DNA from: Camelus ferus | Lineage: Eukaryota | Assembly (NCBI RefSeq): GCF_009834535.1 | Contig: NC_045697.1 | Coordinates: 71,364,001-71,428,000 of the forward strand | Direction of reading: 5' to 3' | Length of the DNA stretch: 64,000 nucleotides | Part shown: positions 14,000 through 27,290 of the stretch, piece by piece | Numbering within the stretch: the first letter of the stretch is position 1 | Layout of the letters: the number at the start of each line of letters is the position of its first letter | The notes under the pieces: model-generated | What the model was told of the DNA's origin: nothing | Databases searched by the model: none | Seen by the model: only the letters and a program-made list of their open reading frames with translations | Position numbers and translations under genes: made by a program

Positions 14000-14400
14000 C
14001 TTTCAGGTACTTATTTTGTGCTACTTAGGATAATGGCTAAGTGGTAATAACCAAGACAGCCTGAAATACAGTGGCTTATACATTGGACTTGGGGGTGGCA
14101 GAGCTGACGACAGCTGAGCTGCTCACCTCAGGACTACTACAACGCTGGATCTGAAGTTGTTATCTTCTTCCAGCCAGTGGAGTACATAAACATTGAAAGC
14201 CTTGATTAGTATATGACAATAATCTTTATTTTCATTCCATTAACCAGAACTTAGTTGCATGTACCCATCAACTTGCAGGGAAGACTTTGGAAATGAAGTG
14301 TCCAGTTGGACATCCATCTACCCAGTAAAACTAAAGATTAAAAAAAATTATTATTAAAAAAAGGGAGTATGGCTCTTTGTGACAAGTAGCAGTCTCTGCC
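14000..14400 (-). mobile_element. Degraded MLT1-type LTR
   Basis: aaatacagtggctta...cattccattaaccagaacttagttgcatg resembles antisense MLT1. Confidence 0.5.
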
Positions 14401-15309
14401 AAATGGAGGCCAGTCATTGCATATCACCACTGACCTTCTTCTGCCCTTCTTATTCATTCCTTTTTTGGGGAGCAACTTCAGTAATTGGTGATTTAGGGAT
14501 GAACTGGACATGCACAGTTTTGTCTTTTCATCCCCTTTTTCATTACTGCCCTTTCTGTAGAGATGGCGTGTGCTCAGTTGCTCATGGATATGTGATAAAC
14601 TTCGTGGTAAAGAACCTGCCCTTACAGGGCAAGCCTGAAGTGTCTAATGAGACTGGTGATTTAGTGCGCATGTCTATTATCAGAATGCACTAGCCTATGT
14701 GTCCACAGAAAAAAGCCATTTCCTCTAATATCAGCTTTGCTAATTTAGTTTCATTTATTTGACTCTTTTTCTGTCCCTGAATTGGTTCAGAACATGGATA
14801 GAGAAGAGAGGTGCTGTTAACTTGGCAATCTCATGCCAAGTTGGTCCAAAGAGAGCAGAGCTTCAATATTCTCATGGCTCATACCATTAAATAATAATAA
14901 TATTATCAATAAATAATAAATATAATAAAATAGTATTATTATATTATTAAATCATAATATTATTTCACTAGACTGTATTATCCTTCAAGGTACAATCACT
15001 CTCTTATTCTTGATTACCTTTTTTATTGAATTCTATTTTGTTTTGTGCCCCTCTTGTTTTTTTTATGTTAGCATTTTCATGATTTATCCATTTATTTAAA
15101 ATTTTTCTTTGTCATGTTACTCTACATAAATCCCTTATAAATTATATAAAAATAGATTTCCCCCAATTGACATGTGCATATAGACTTGCCTAAATTATTA
15201 ATGTCATAATTTTTATGGTTACTTTTGCTTGATATTTTCCCCCTCTCTATTATTTCTATTTAACCCTGAAATCTTTTAGGTTTCTGCTTTATTTCTACTT
15301 TAAAATTTA

Positions 15310-16450
15310 ACTTAAAAAATATTTGACATTGTATTGTATAACATATAAAAATGCACAAGTCATATTTTACTACTCAGTGATGTTTTTACAAAATGAGTTA
15401 CTGCTTACAGCTGTATAACCAGCACATAGATCAGAAAACAGAATGTTATCCCAGAAGCCTTCCTCATACCTTATGACAATTGCTATCCACCTGCACCCCT
15501 AAGATATAATGACTGTTGACTTGTGACACATCTGTGTTTTTTTTGACTTGATAGTTCATTGCTTTTCATTGCACGTTGCCTGACTTATAAAACATTTTTG
15601 TTGGTCTTTGTGGATGTATATTTATATTCGTTGTGGTTCTAATGAACATTTCCTTGATTACATGGATGAAGTTTTTATGGATTACATTAAATGAAGTTTC
15701 GAATTCTATTTCATATGTTAATAGACCATGGAGTTTTGTTTGTTTATGAAATAGCTATTTATATCTTTGCTCATTTTTTCTCAGATTTTTTGTCATTTCC
15801 ATATTGATTCATTGATGTTCTTTATGTATTTTGAATAGTAATCTTTTGTCAGTTATAACTATAAGACATATTTTTTCCAATTTTTAGTTTTTTTTCTAGT
15901 CTGTTTATGATGTTTTTAGATAAGCAAAAATTCTTAAATTTAATATGATTGAATTTTTCAGCCTTTCCCTATATGATGTCCACTTTTCTGTGGACTGAAT
16001 TGTGTCTCCCCCTATTTCAAATTCATATGTTGGGGCCCCAATTCTCAATATGATGATATTTAGTGAGGGTACTTTGGGAATAATGTTATTGCTTAGATGA
16101 GGTCACAAGGTTGGGGCCCTTATGATGGGACTAGTGCCTTTATAGGAAGAGACACCAGAGAGTTTCTGGTTTCTGTCTCTCTCTCTGTTATGTGAGGCCG
16201 CAGCAAGAATGCTGTCTGTCTACAAGCCAGGAGGAGAGTCCTCACCAGAACCTGACCATGATAGTCCCCTAATCTTGGACTTGCAGCCTCCAGAACTGTG
16301 AAAAAATTAATTTTTGTTATTTAAGCCACCCAGTCTATCATTACGGCAGCCTGAGCAGACTGATACAACTTTCTAAAGGAAGTCTTGCTAAATAAAATCT
16401 TCCATATCCTAAATTCATACAGAGAATCACCAATATTTTCTTCTAAATAA
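15310..16450 (-). mobile_element. Old L1M (L1MC/MD-like) 3' region, interrupted by MLT1A
   Basis: Antisense L1 phrases: gttctttatgtattttgaatagtaatcttttgtcagttata; aaaattcttaaatttaatatgatt. Confidence 0.7.
15987..16367 (+). mobile_element. MLT1A-type MaLR solo LTR with 5-bp TSD
   Basis: tgtggactgaattgtgtctcccc...cttggacttgcagcctccagaactgtga...gcagcctgagcagactgataca; acttt flanks both sides (15982-15986, 16368-16372). Confidence 0.92.
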
Positions 16451-17299
16451 TACAGATTTTTTAATGTAAATTAAGCTGAAGAAATCTAGGAGTTTTAAGC
16501 TCCAAAGGATAATGGTAGCAACCTACATTGATATTACCTGAAACCTCCTACTAAAACCCACATATAGTAAAAGGAGAGCAAATTAAAACTCTCACAACTT
16601 GACAGTGTAACTGGGAAACCAAGAAGACTATAAACTCCAATTTGCATGTAATTTGAGAAAAACACACAAGACAGACAAAGTTGTTGCCAGGACCCCTAAT
16701 ATTGCATAGAACCCAGAAAACAATTGTACAGTAAATTGTGAAGTACAGAGGCATGCTGGCAGTGACAGAGGCCACATAACATCAGTGCGTGTAAGAGCTT
16801 ACTTTCAGAAGGAGAGTCCCATCCTAAGGGAACTGCTGAAAGCAAAAGTGAGACAGAATAGTTCAGAGAACTTACAATGGAGGCGTTGAATGGAACTGGC
16901 TTCAAAGTGCATGGAACTGGAATAGGTAGTCCTAAGAAGGTACCAATTCTTGGATATAAAAAGAGGAGTAACCTGGAAATTAGAGGTGTTCATTGAAAGC
17001 AGTAGTCAGTAATCACTGATAGGAATGAAGAACCAGAGAAAGGCTGACCACAAAAATGTACCATATAATGAAACAACTTCCCTTTGTTGTACTAACAAAA
17101 AAGGGAAACCTCAAGCTAAGGAACCAGAAAAGCCCCTTCAGTCACCTCCTGTACCTCACTCCACAGAATCCTCTTCTGACTAAAATGCTGGGAATATCTG
17201 ACACCTTTAAAAATAAAAAAAGAACAAACTGAAACTAATGTGCAAATTCAGATATGCTTTTCTTGATAAATCTGCCGGAGTGATAATTTGGGAAACTTT

Positions 17300-19800
17300 G
17301 ATGAAAGAATTGGTGTTCAACATTGAATTTATAATTAATGGTCTAAAACAATTATTGGCAAAATGTGTGAAAAACAGTATGTTAGTATTATATGCTCTGA
17401 TAGTGTGAAAATAACAACTTAGGAAGAAAAGAGAGAAGAAAGAGATGAAGGAGAAAAGTATGATAAGATTGCCTCATAGGTAAAAACTGGACATCAGTAG
17501 GTGTAACTTAAAACTGACAATTGAACAGAAGAAGCCTAAGCATATTTCAGAGTGCAAAAATAGTAATCAAAACATAATATTATTGTTTCAAATGGGATGT
17601 TTGTTGTTAGGTGATAGGCAAAGGGAAGGTAAATAATAGAAAAAGTTTGTAAGCTGATAATTTGTTGCTCCTAGTAAGGAACTAATGAATACTGTGTGAA
17701 GAAAAATGAGGCTAAGAGCATTGTATAAAGATACAGCTATAAAAATACTTTTTCATTATGCATTCTTAGTGAGACATAGTCTAAGAACAAAAAATAAAAC
17801 TTTTCAACTTTTAAAAATAGTTTTATTATTTGTAGTAATATTTGTATTGTTTTTTGAAATTATATATTTTGTAGGATAAGGCAAGGAAGTAGTTATGTGG
17901 ATATCATTACAAAATAAATAAAACAAAAATTTTTGGTATAAAAAAGCATAAAAACAAAAATTTTAAATTTGAATTGGAAATATCAATATAAACTCATGAT
18001 TTTAAATATATAAGATTATTCATACACTGAAAGGTCTAGAAAAATGACAGCTTAATATCCGTTAGCACTGCAAGTGCCCAGATTTTGATCTCTAAATGCT
18101 GTTCCTTCCTAAAGGAAGTAGAACATTTTGATAATGGACTGATTTCAAGTTTGGACTAGGAAATGTAGACAGGGTATCTTTTTGTGCCAGAAAACAAGAA
18201 CACTTTCCAAAACCAAAGGATTTCCATCAAAAAGGATGCAGGTGCAAACTTGAAGCATTTCAATTTGAGTAGGACAATAATACAGACAAAACCACAGGTA
18301 TATAGAAATCCATTAGTCCACAAGGCTACTCAGAAAAAGAAACATCTGTAAACAATAGCACATAAACAACAAAACTCAAATTAACAAAATTTACTTTAAA
18401 AATCATTATAGATTGCTATTCCATTAATTCTATAGTCAAAAGTAGTGATTAAAGGGAAATGAATAAGCATCAATTCAGCCTTTCTAATAGGAGCTTTATT
18501 TTGGAAGCACCAATTTGCCCTAGTTTATGAGAGTAAGCTCTTCTGTACAAAAAATAGTCAGCTAAGAAATGACAGTCAAACAATCACCATTTTATAACCC
18601 TAATGTTTAACTGATTTAGGCAAGAGTCATCAGTAGATAAAAAGACCATTAAGTGATGCATTGATGGATAACTGAATAATTTCATGTTTCCAAAGTTTCA
18701 GCCTACATATTTTAGCTGGATGTATGAGGAAAAATAATTTTACAGTGGAAGGATTCATCACCACCTTAACTCTGTGGTCACATGAGATAAGCTGACACTG
18801 GGAGTATTGATATGTGATACAAAATGATGTTCATAGCATAACTTATGAGGTATTTTTGCCAAAATTTTAATCTGAATCAAATTAATCTTTAAATCTAACT
18901 TCCACTTTACAGAAAACAAAACAGTGGGAGAAGTTAAAATGATTCATGATTAAATCAGTCAAATTTTGAATCTGGGAAATCCTACTAGAGATAGATCAAT
19001 GAGAAACATGATATGGGTTGGGGGACTTTCTAGATTAAAGAAGGTTGAAGAGACATAACTTGAATTCTGTGTGGTTTTTAATCGGATCTTGGTTGAACAA
19101 ACTAAGTATAAACACCATTTTCAGACAATTGGGGAAAAACTAATCTTGGCTTGGAATTAGATGTTACATATGAATTATTGATAATTTTGTCAGGGTATAA
19201 TAATGTTAATGTGGTTATGGAGAATTTCCTTAATTTTTATGAAGGCATGCTGGAGTATATGGGGTGAAATATCAGGATGTCTGTAAATTTACCTTAAAAT
19301 GCTCAAGAAAAAAAAAAAGCAAGTGAAGCAAATATGGCAAAATAGTAACAGTTGTTAAATTTAGATTATGGCTACAGTGATGATTAATTTTATGTGTCAA
19401 CTTGCACAGATACTTGGTCAAACATTATTCTGAATGTTTCAGTGAAGATGTATTTTGGATGAGATTAACATTCAAATCACTGGACTCTGAGAAAAGCAGA
19501 TTACCCTCCATATTGTGGGTGGATCTCATCCAGTCAGTTGAAAGTCTGTTAACAGAACAAAGACTGACCTCCCCTGAACAAGAAGGCAGAACTGTCTTTT
19601 GGCAACCATCTAGGAGAGGGTAAAAAATATGTGAAGTCAAAGTGCAACTAGTCCATGAGTCTCCAGTCTTTTGGTGTCCCTTATCATATTTTGGACTCAC
19701 TTTTTCTCTGGAGAACCATGACTAATACAGGGTTATAGGTCATCATTTTACTGTTTTTAAATTTGTATGTATGTTTGAACGTTTTAATAATAAAATATTT
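17300..19800 (+). mobile_element. L1MC4-like 3' UTR, interrupted by MLT2
   Basis: gtgcccagattttgatctctaaatgctgttcc...gactgatttcaag; gatcttggttgaacaaactaagtataaacaccattttcagacaattggggaaa; terminal aataaaa near 19790. Confidence 0.75.
19376..19728 (+). mobile_element. MLT2 (ERVL) solo LTR carrying a 46-bp foreign insert
   Basis: gtgatgattaattttatgtgtcaacttg...gcagattaccctccatattgtgggtggatctcatccagtcagttgaa...tctctggagaaccatgactaataca. Confidence 0.9.
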
Positions 19801-19809
19801 TTTTGAATT

Positions 19810-21930
19810 CAGAGTATTTAGGTATCTGTTATCTTTGTTATTGAATGACCCATCCCTTTTCCATTGATCAACCGTGCCCGCTTGTTTCATAAACCAAGTT
19901 TATATGTATGCATGACTCCCTTTCTTCCTAGGCTCTTTATTCTTCCCTTTGACTTATTATGTGCCCTGTTCCAATACTACACTGTCTTATGTAACAATTT
20001 GGAAACAGGTCCTGATATCTGGAAAGAGAAGTCTCCTTAGATTATCCTTCCTTTTTTTTTTTTAAATGACAGTCTTGGTTATTCTGGGATAATCCTGGAT
20101 AATTTTTTACATTAATTTTAATATTTTATTTTGAAGTTTGTCTAGATCCTGTTGAAATTTCAACTGTATCTTTAGATCAATTTGAAAATTGACATCTTTA
20201 AGATATAGGCCTTTCTATCCTACTGTATATATGGTGCTGCATTTTTGTAGTGCCTTCTTCAATGTACTTTAATAAAGTTTTATAATTTTCTCCATGATAA
20301 GCTTGAACATATTTTTGATAGGTTTATTTTTGATTACTTTTTGTGTCTTTTTAAATGATATTTTTAGAAAGGGTACTTTCTAAATGATTTTTAAAAATTC
20401 TTTTTATTGAAGTATATATAGTCGATTTACATTGTTAGTTTCTTGTGTACAACAAAGCAATGCAATTACACAGATACATACATACATATATTTTTCTGAT
20501 TCTTTTCCATTGTGGTTCATTACAAGAAATTGAGTATGGTTCCCTGTACTATAAGTAGGTCCTTGTTGTTTATCTGTTTCATATATAGTAATGTGTATCT
20601 ATTAATTCCAAACTCCTAACCTAGCCCTCCCCTCCCCTTACCCCTTAGTAACCACAGGTTGTTTTCTATGTCTGTGAGTCTATGTCTGGTTCATAAATAA
20701 AATTTGTATGTTCTTTTTTTTAGATTCCACACATAAGCAGCATCATATGATATTTGTCTTTCTTTCTCTAACTGACTTCACTTAGTATGATAATATCTAG
20801 GTCCATCCATGTTGCTGCAAATGGTATTATTTCATTCTTTTTTATGGCTGAGTAATATTCCATTGTATATATATACATATATGTGTATGTATATACACCA
20901 CATATTTTCCTGTCAGTGAACATTTAAGTTATTTCCATGTCTTGGCTATTGTAATTAGTGCTGCTGTGAATACTGGGGTGTATGTGTCTTTTCAAATTTA
21001 TATAAAAATGTAGTTGGATTGAGTATATTGGCTTAATGGCTAAGAAACTTAGTAATCCCTCTTTTTCATTGGAACATTTTCTTGAGTTTCTTTTGGGTTT
21101 TTACATTACGGGTTAGATCTTCTGAATGACATTTTTCTTTGTAATCTTTATACTTTTTATTTCTTCTTCTGTCTCTATATTTCTGGCCAGGACTTCCAGG
21201 ACAGTCATGAAAAGAACAGTGATATGTGCTTAACATATTCCCAATATTGAAGAATATTCTTTGTTATTAAAAATTATTATTAATTATGATGTTTATTGAA
21301 GTATATATAGTCGATTTACAATGTTAATTTCATGTGTACAACAAAGCAATTCAGTTACACAGATATATATATTTTTGGTAGTTTTATAAATATACTTTCC
21401 AAATTAGGAAGCTGTTCTTCCTAATTCTTTGTTTATTCAAAGTTTCTGTCATGAATATATGTTGAATTTCACCCAACACTTTTTTCCTGCACTGTTGAGA
21501 TTGCCAAGTTTTTCTTCTCTGATCTGTTAATGTGTGAATTACATTAATCAATTTTCTAATATCAATCCAGTGTTAAATTATTGGGATAAATTTAAGGTGA
21601 TTATGATTTATTTTATGTAGAATCTTGGATTTGATTTCAAAAATTCTGGTCAGGATTTTTGTGTCTGAATTCATCAAAGTCAACTGCCTGTAATTTTTCT
21701 TTAGTGTTATTTGCTTTTCAAATTTGGAGAATTAGTAAAGTAGGATGAAGTGTTTCCCCTTTTTTTAGTTTCTGCAAAAGTTTATACCATTGGGATTATC
21801 TGTTTTGGAAATATTTACTATAATTTGTTTTATAAAGTTGGCTAAGCCTGGTGTTTTCTTTGTGAAAACATTTCAATTACTCATTCAATTTTTAAATTCT
21901 GATTTTCTATTTATTCTTAATCAGGTTACA
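19810..21930 (-). mobile_element. Old L1M ORF2 remnant (probable continuation of the 15310-16450 element)
   Basis: Antisense ORF2 phrases: tagatcaatttgaaaattgacatcttta; ctggccaggacttccaggacagt; tgttgaatttcacccaacac. Confidence 0.7.
20398..20997 (-). mobile_element. 5'-truncated L1 3' end nested in older L1M
   Basis: tttttattgaagtat...ccatgttgctgcaaatggtattatttcattcttttttatggctgagtaatattcc...ccatgtcttggctattgtaa. Confidence 0.9.
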
Positions 21931-21959
21931 AATTTGCTTTTATTGGTAGGAGGAGTGAA

Positions 21960-23400
21960 ATGTTTTGTCTGAGTACAAAAATAGGCAAAACTGTAGTCTT
22001 AGAATCAGGATATTAACTTCTCGTGATGACGGTAGTGGTTGAAAGGGAATGTGGAGGAGCTTCTATAGTGTGGGTAATAGTCTCTTTCTTGGTTTGGGTG
22101 CTGGTTACAAAGCTGCTGAGGCAATCTGTGGAGATTCCCTGAATTGTACACTTACAAATTGTGCACTTTTATGTTCATATATTACATTTTATTATATGTT
22201 TTAAAAATATTTCATTCAACAATGTAGTTAAAGAAAAACAAATAATTACAAAGTGAGAAAGGTTTTAAGATATGCAAGAATGATTAAATAATAGTATCTG
22301 TTATAACATAATAATAATAATAATATAACAATATAACATAAAATTAATGAGGTTAAATACAAATATATTATTTTAATATATGCCAAGGCATTAGATAAAA
22401 TTCAGGCGACTCCTAATAAGTTCAAAAAAGCAGACTATTTCTTTAGATAAAGATAAAATCCATAAGAAAGATTTATTTGACTACATTAAAGTTTAAAATT
22501 CTTTTCATAATATATAAATTAAAGGGCAAATGATAAGTTCTGAAAAATACTTGCTGCTTTAATGTCGGATAGTGGATCAGTATCATTATGATAAATAGAC
22601 CTTTTACAAATCAAAAAGAAAAAATTGGCATGCTTAAGCAACCCACAAGGGAAAAGAATGAATATTTTTTCATAGGTTTATTATTTATAATTCTTACATT
22701 TATATTTTATATTTTTTTGATAAAAGAATTAAAGCTAAAAAGAAAGATCTATTAAAATTTATCATATGTGGGAAATACTGTTCTTATTTACTTTCTGTGG
22801 ACCTCTAAAGTAGCATAAACTTTTTAGAGGGTAATTCAGCAATGTAAGTACATCAGTTGTTTAAAATGAATTTACTTCTCATTTAGCAATTATATGAATA
22901 AAGCCTAAGTAAATATAATCATTGAAGTATAGAGAATCTGTCTATTGCTTTGTTACATTATTTTTATAAAAGCAAAAATTTAGACTCCAACTACATGTCA
23001 ACATTTAGGATTGATACAGTTATTTATATTAGAATCATACACTGGAAATATAACTAGACATTAAGATTATGTTATTGATGAATACTGAATGAGATGAAAT
23101 AGATTTCTATTCTATGGTTAAATGAAAGAACAGGTTAGCAATTATATTTGTATATGTATACATCTATATGCATACACACATTGCATATGTGTATATATAT
23201 GACATCTACATCTATACAATATATAGTTATAAATCCATGTAACATATATGATATATATATCATATATAGATATATTCTTGTCAAATTTTTAACAGTAGTA
23301 TCAGCTCTGTATGATAGAATTATTGGCTATGACTTGTACTCACCTATAACTTCTATATTTTCTAAAATGAATGTATATTTTTGTTTGTAATGAAGGGGAG
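21960..23400 (+). mobile_element. Degraded L1ME-type fragments
   Basis: Sense L1 3' phrases: gtctctttcttggtttgggtgctggttaca; tgtacacttacaaattgtgcacttt; tttgactacattaaagtttaaaa. Confidence 0.6.
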
Positions 23401-24166
23401 CAAAGGTATTACATACATAACTGTAAAAAAATTATTTTCAAATTTGCAGAAAGTAACAAGGAGTGAAACCTATTTCTGAGATTGTTGTATTGGACACATC
23501 AGTCCAGGGGCCGCCATGTCTAGCATCCTTCTCTACCTGAAAGTGCAACTCCGTGTCTCAGTAAAGCTACGCTAAGTTTCATGTGTGCATGAATAGGCAC
23601 TGACTGGACCGGAAATGCACCTAATCCAAAGGTGCTCACTGCAGGCTGGTGGGAGTCCATAACCTGTCATAGCACAGAGGACTTTCTCTAACATACATGC
23701 TGGAAATTAGCTATCCCAATTATTCTGGTTCTCTGTGGAATTTATCTGGAATGTGGTGGGTTAATGACTGTTTATTTTTTCCTTTTTGAGAAGCTAGGTC
23801 ATATACTCAACAGGAAGCAGAGAGGCTAAGAAATAAAGATTACCTGAGAAGAAGGGAGGAAGGGAAGAAGGGAGAGAGAAGAAGAGAGGGGGAGGCTTAA
23901 GTTCATCTCCAGCAATTTCTTGCCCTGACAGTTTGTCAACCCTAATTTACATATACCCTCAAGGTGGCATGTGTGAATCTTCCATCCTTACAGCCAGAAA
24001 TTGCCAAGTGGTTATTCTCAGTGATGAGGGGGAAAGTTGATGGTATAGTCCCTCCTTGGGTACTATATTTACTTCATTCTCGCTTAGTCACATATTATTA
24101 ATTACTGCCAGAGTGCATAATAGTAGAGGAGATTGTCCTTTAGACTTTTTGCTTTGCATTCTCTAC

Positions 24167-24168
<2 letters not shown>

Positions 24169-24203
<35 letters not shown>
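24169..24203. repeat. (TG)n microsatellite
   Basis: Direct reading. Confidence 0.95.
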
Positions 24204-24211
<8 letters not shown>

Positions 24212-25131
24212 GAGACTAAATATTTCACCAAAGAAGTTACATTTAGAAAGTGTAGAAAAAAAGAGGAAATTGGGAACTTCTAGCATTTCCTGATTCTATA
24301 TGTTTTACTCCTCTTCCAAACAAACAAGCCCCAATTAGAAGCAACTCTGAAAAAATATACACTGAACTCATTAAATATATTGAATATATTGTAAGAAGAG
24401 AGGCTTGCTAAATAAAGATGTATTGATGCTGTCAGAAATGTTCTCTAAAAGGTGGAAACAGGCAAAAGAGTGCGCCGGCTGGCCTTTCTAGAGGTTGGGT
24501 TCTCTTACAGCTGGCTCTGTGGGGCTGAGGTTAACTAGTAGATTTTTGTGTGGTAGAGATGCAAATAATTTCGTTCCTGTGGAAGAGGCAACCCTAAGAG
24601 GATATGGTTCACTGATCTTAAGACATACACCACTTTTATTTCTAACCTAGCTATTTTATCATAACAGTTCTACACTTAATTGCACATATGACTAGCTTCT
24701 CAAATGCTCTTTGACCTGGTCGCAACATTTTACTGGTTCCCTCATTAATTAATGAATTGAATAAAATCCTTGAAGTTTTCATTTCATATTTGGATGAAAT
24801 TCCTGACTTGACCCTTTTTAAAAATTATACTTTCACAACGCTCTTCTCAATCCTTTTTTTTCCTTTTGGGAGAATATTCAGTATGGTACAAGCTAACTAT
24901 TGATGTAATTCCCTGGTGGGAGGTTTAAAGTGCTGTAAAATGATTTCCCCTTAAAGACTGACACAAAATGCTACATGTCCCAGAATTCTTCTTTAATCCC
25001 AGGTTTGCAAATTTCTTCCTTACTCTCACTACTTTTATATTTAAATAGTATTATTTCATAAAGATTTTTGCTTTTGTTGTATTTTATATGTTATTGTTAT
25101 ACGTATTTTGTAATCTCCATTAGATTTTGTG

Positions 25132-25252
25132 GTTTTTTAAAAATTTTTTAAATGTATTTTTATATCTTTTAATGGAGGTACTGGGGATTGAACCCAGGAC
25201 CTTGTGCATGCTAAGCATGCACTCTACCACTGGGCTATACCCTCCCCCCGGC
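25132..25252 (-). mobile_element. tRNA-Ala-derived SINE (camelid vic-1-like)
   Basis: Minus strand gggtatagcccagtggtagagtgcatgcttagcatgcacaaggtcctgggttcaatccccagtacctcca plus A-rich tail; TSD ttagattttgtg at 25120-25131 and 25253-25264. Confidence 0.93.
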
Positions 25253-25989
25253 TTAGATTTTGTGTGGCACAGAGCAACCAGTTCTTTTCACAGGTTTTAA
25301 AACAGTCAGTATTAAATAAATGCTTATTAATACAAACATTTAAGAGCCAATATCTCCTTGATGATTACTCCTGCGAAATGTCTTTTAAAAATTCACTCTC
25401 TATCATCTAATTTTAGTCACCTGTAGTAATGAGTAATTTCACTGAGTTTTTCTCATTTTTTTATTTAGAATTCCCAGATGATAAATGACATGATAGGTGA
25501 GGTCAATTTTAATATACTCTTTTATTCCTTTGTCCTGTCAACAGATACTTGTTACGAACTTCCTCTCTGCTATGCACAGTTCTGGGAGTTGAATATGTAG
25601 ATAAATTCAGGAAATCAAGTAATAATTAGAAAGGATCATTTGCTAAATGTAGATCTGAAGCAATGGGAGTTCCCTGCTAAATTTCCCATTTCTATTCTAA
25701 GCTTATCTTGTCTGAGAATAAGGACTAAGAGTTTAGAATAAAAACATCTTCCTCCTTGAAGACTTCTCTTGAAAAACTAACAAATTCTTTATAATTCTTC
25801 TATGTCATAGTTTCTATGATGATTTATGCCTTATGATTTTCTACCTCCACTCTGACTTAATCAGTTTCACAATTCCTCTACCAGGTAAATAATGTTGGTT
25901 AATTTTCATTGCCATTTCTCAAAGGACCTGCTTCTCCTAGTACTAATCTTTGCTTTTCCTAAATTAATTCAATTCTTTATCCTATTATA

Positions 25990-26127
25990 TATTCAATATC
26001 TTGTAATAACCTGTAATGGAAAGGAATCTGAAAAAGAATGTATATAACTGAGTCACTTTGCTATACACTGAAACTAACACAACATTGTAAATCAACTATA
26101 CTTCAGTAAAAATGTAGAAAAAAAAAT
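25990..26127 (+). mobile_element. Short L1 3' terminus
   Basis: actgagtcactttgctatacactgaaactaacacaacattgtaaatcaactatacttcagtaaaa followed by an A-tail. Confidence 0.85.
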
Positions 26128-27129
26128 CAACCAAAAATTTTAAAAAAGCTATTTATACTAACTTAAAAAAAAAGACAGCAAAGGTTAAATCCAAAAGAAA
26201 CCTGGGGATGAGGACTTGAGGGGAAATATTTCACTTCACATTGTTCTTTTGCTGGAGGCTATGGAATTGGTCATTCACCATAGATGAAACGCAGTGTGAA
26301 AAAGAATGCAAATAAAAAGGAAAATAAAATCATCTGACATGATGGCTGACACACTGATCACTCTTTTCAATCTGCACACTGACAAAGGGGTGTTCATATA
26401 AATTGACACGACACGATGAGTCACAAACCAAAAAAGTGTCAATTAACTTGCATGAGTTCATACAGCAGATTAAACTGTGCCTGCATCCAGCCACTGACTC
26501 AAAGATTTCCGGCAGAACTGTTTTTTGGCAACCATCTAGGAGAGGGTAAAAAATATTTTCAAAGTTAAGCAAACATTGTGGGTGCATCCATCTACATGCT
26601 GAAAATATTGAAGTCTGTAGTCATATTTCCACTGGCTTCATGTGATTTCTGGGGCTAACTGGAGGGCAGGAGGTAGGGAATATTGCTGGGGTAAAATGGC
26701 AGGGACTTTGGAAATGAAACCCAGAAAGAGAGCACAGAATATCCCTGAGTACTGAGGGATACTTTTAACCACTTTTCTGGTAGTAGTTAATCCTAAAGTC
26801 ATGTTCTTCATACTAAAATCCCAAGGAGTCTGATAAAAATAATACTCACTGATGCACAAGATACAGAGCAGTTGTGGCAAGCACTTCCATATAGTTGATG
26901 GGGTATCAGCATTCCATACATGAAGTTGTTTGAGCTTTCAAAATATTGTAAGAGTAATTAAAATCTTCTTTTGAAGTCTGAACTTTGAACAAATAGAGTG
27001 TCAGTTGTTGTTTGAGAGAGTGACCATTGTTTCAGGCTGATGTGTAGTGCTGACCAGATAAAAGCACAGAGGATAGTGATGATGAAGGAAGAGATGACAA
27101 AATAAGGGCTTCAGCATAAAGGGAGAGTC

Positions 27130-27290
27130 TATTATCTCATCACATTTAATCCTTAAAATAAATTTTTCAACAGATACTAGGCTCATTTTCCAGATCAGGA
27201 AATTGAGGCGCAAAGAGATTTAACTATTTACTCAAAAATTAAGGACTAATACCATTTTCTTTTTTCATGACTGAATCCCATTTGGCTCCT
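27130..27290 (-). mobile_element. MIR
   Basis: ctcattttccagatcaggaaattgaggcgcaaagagatttaac core. Confidence 0.7.

Noticed and set aside
14819..14842. Perfect 9-bp hairpin aacttggca-N6-tgccaagtt
   Set aside because: A few stems of this length are expected by chance, and the spacing (N8) does not fit the NFI TTGGC-N5-GCCAA consensus
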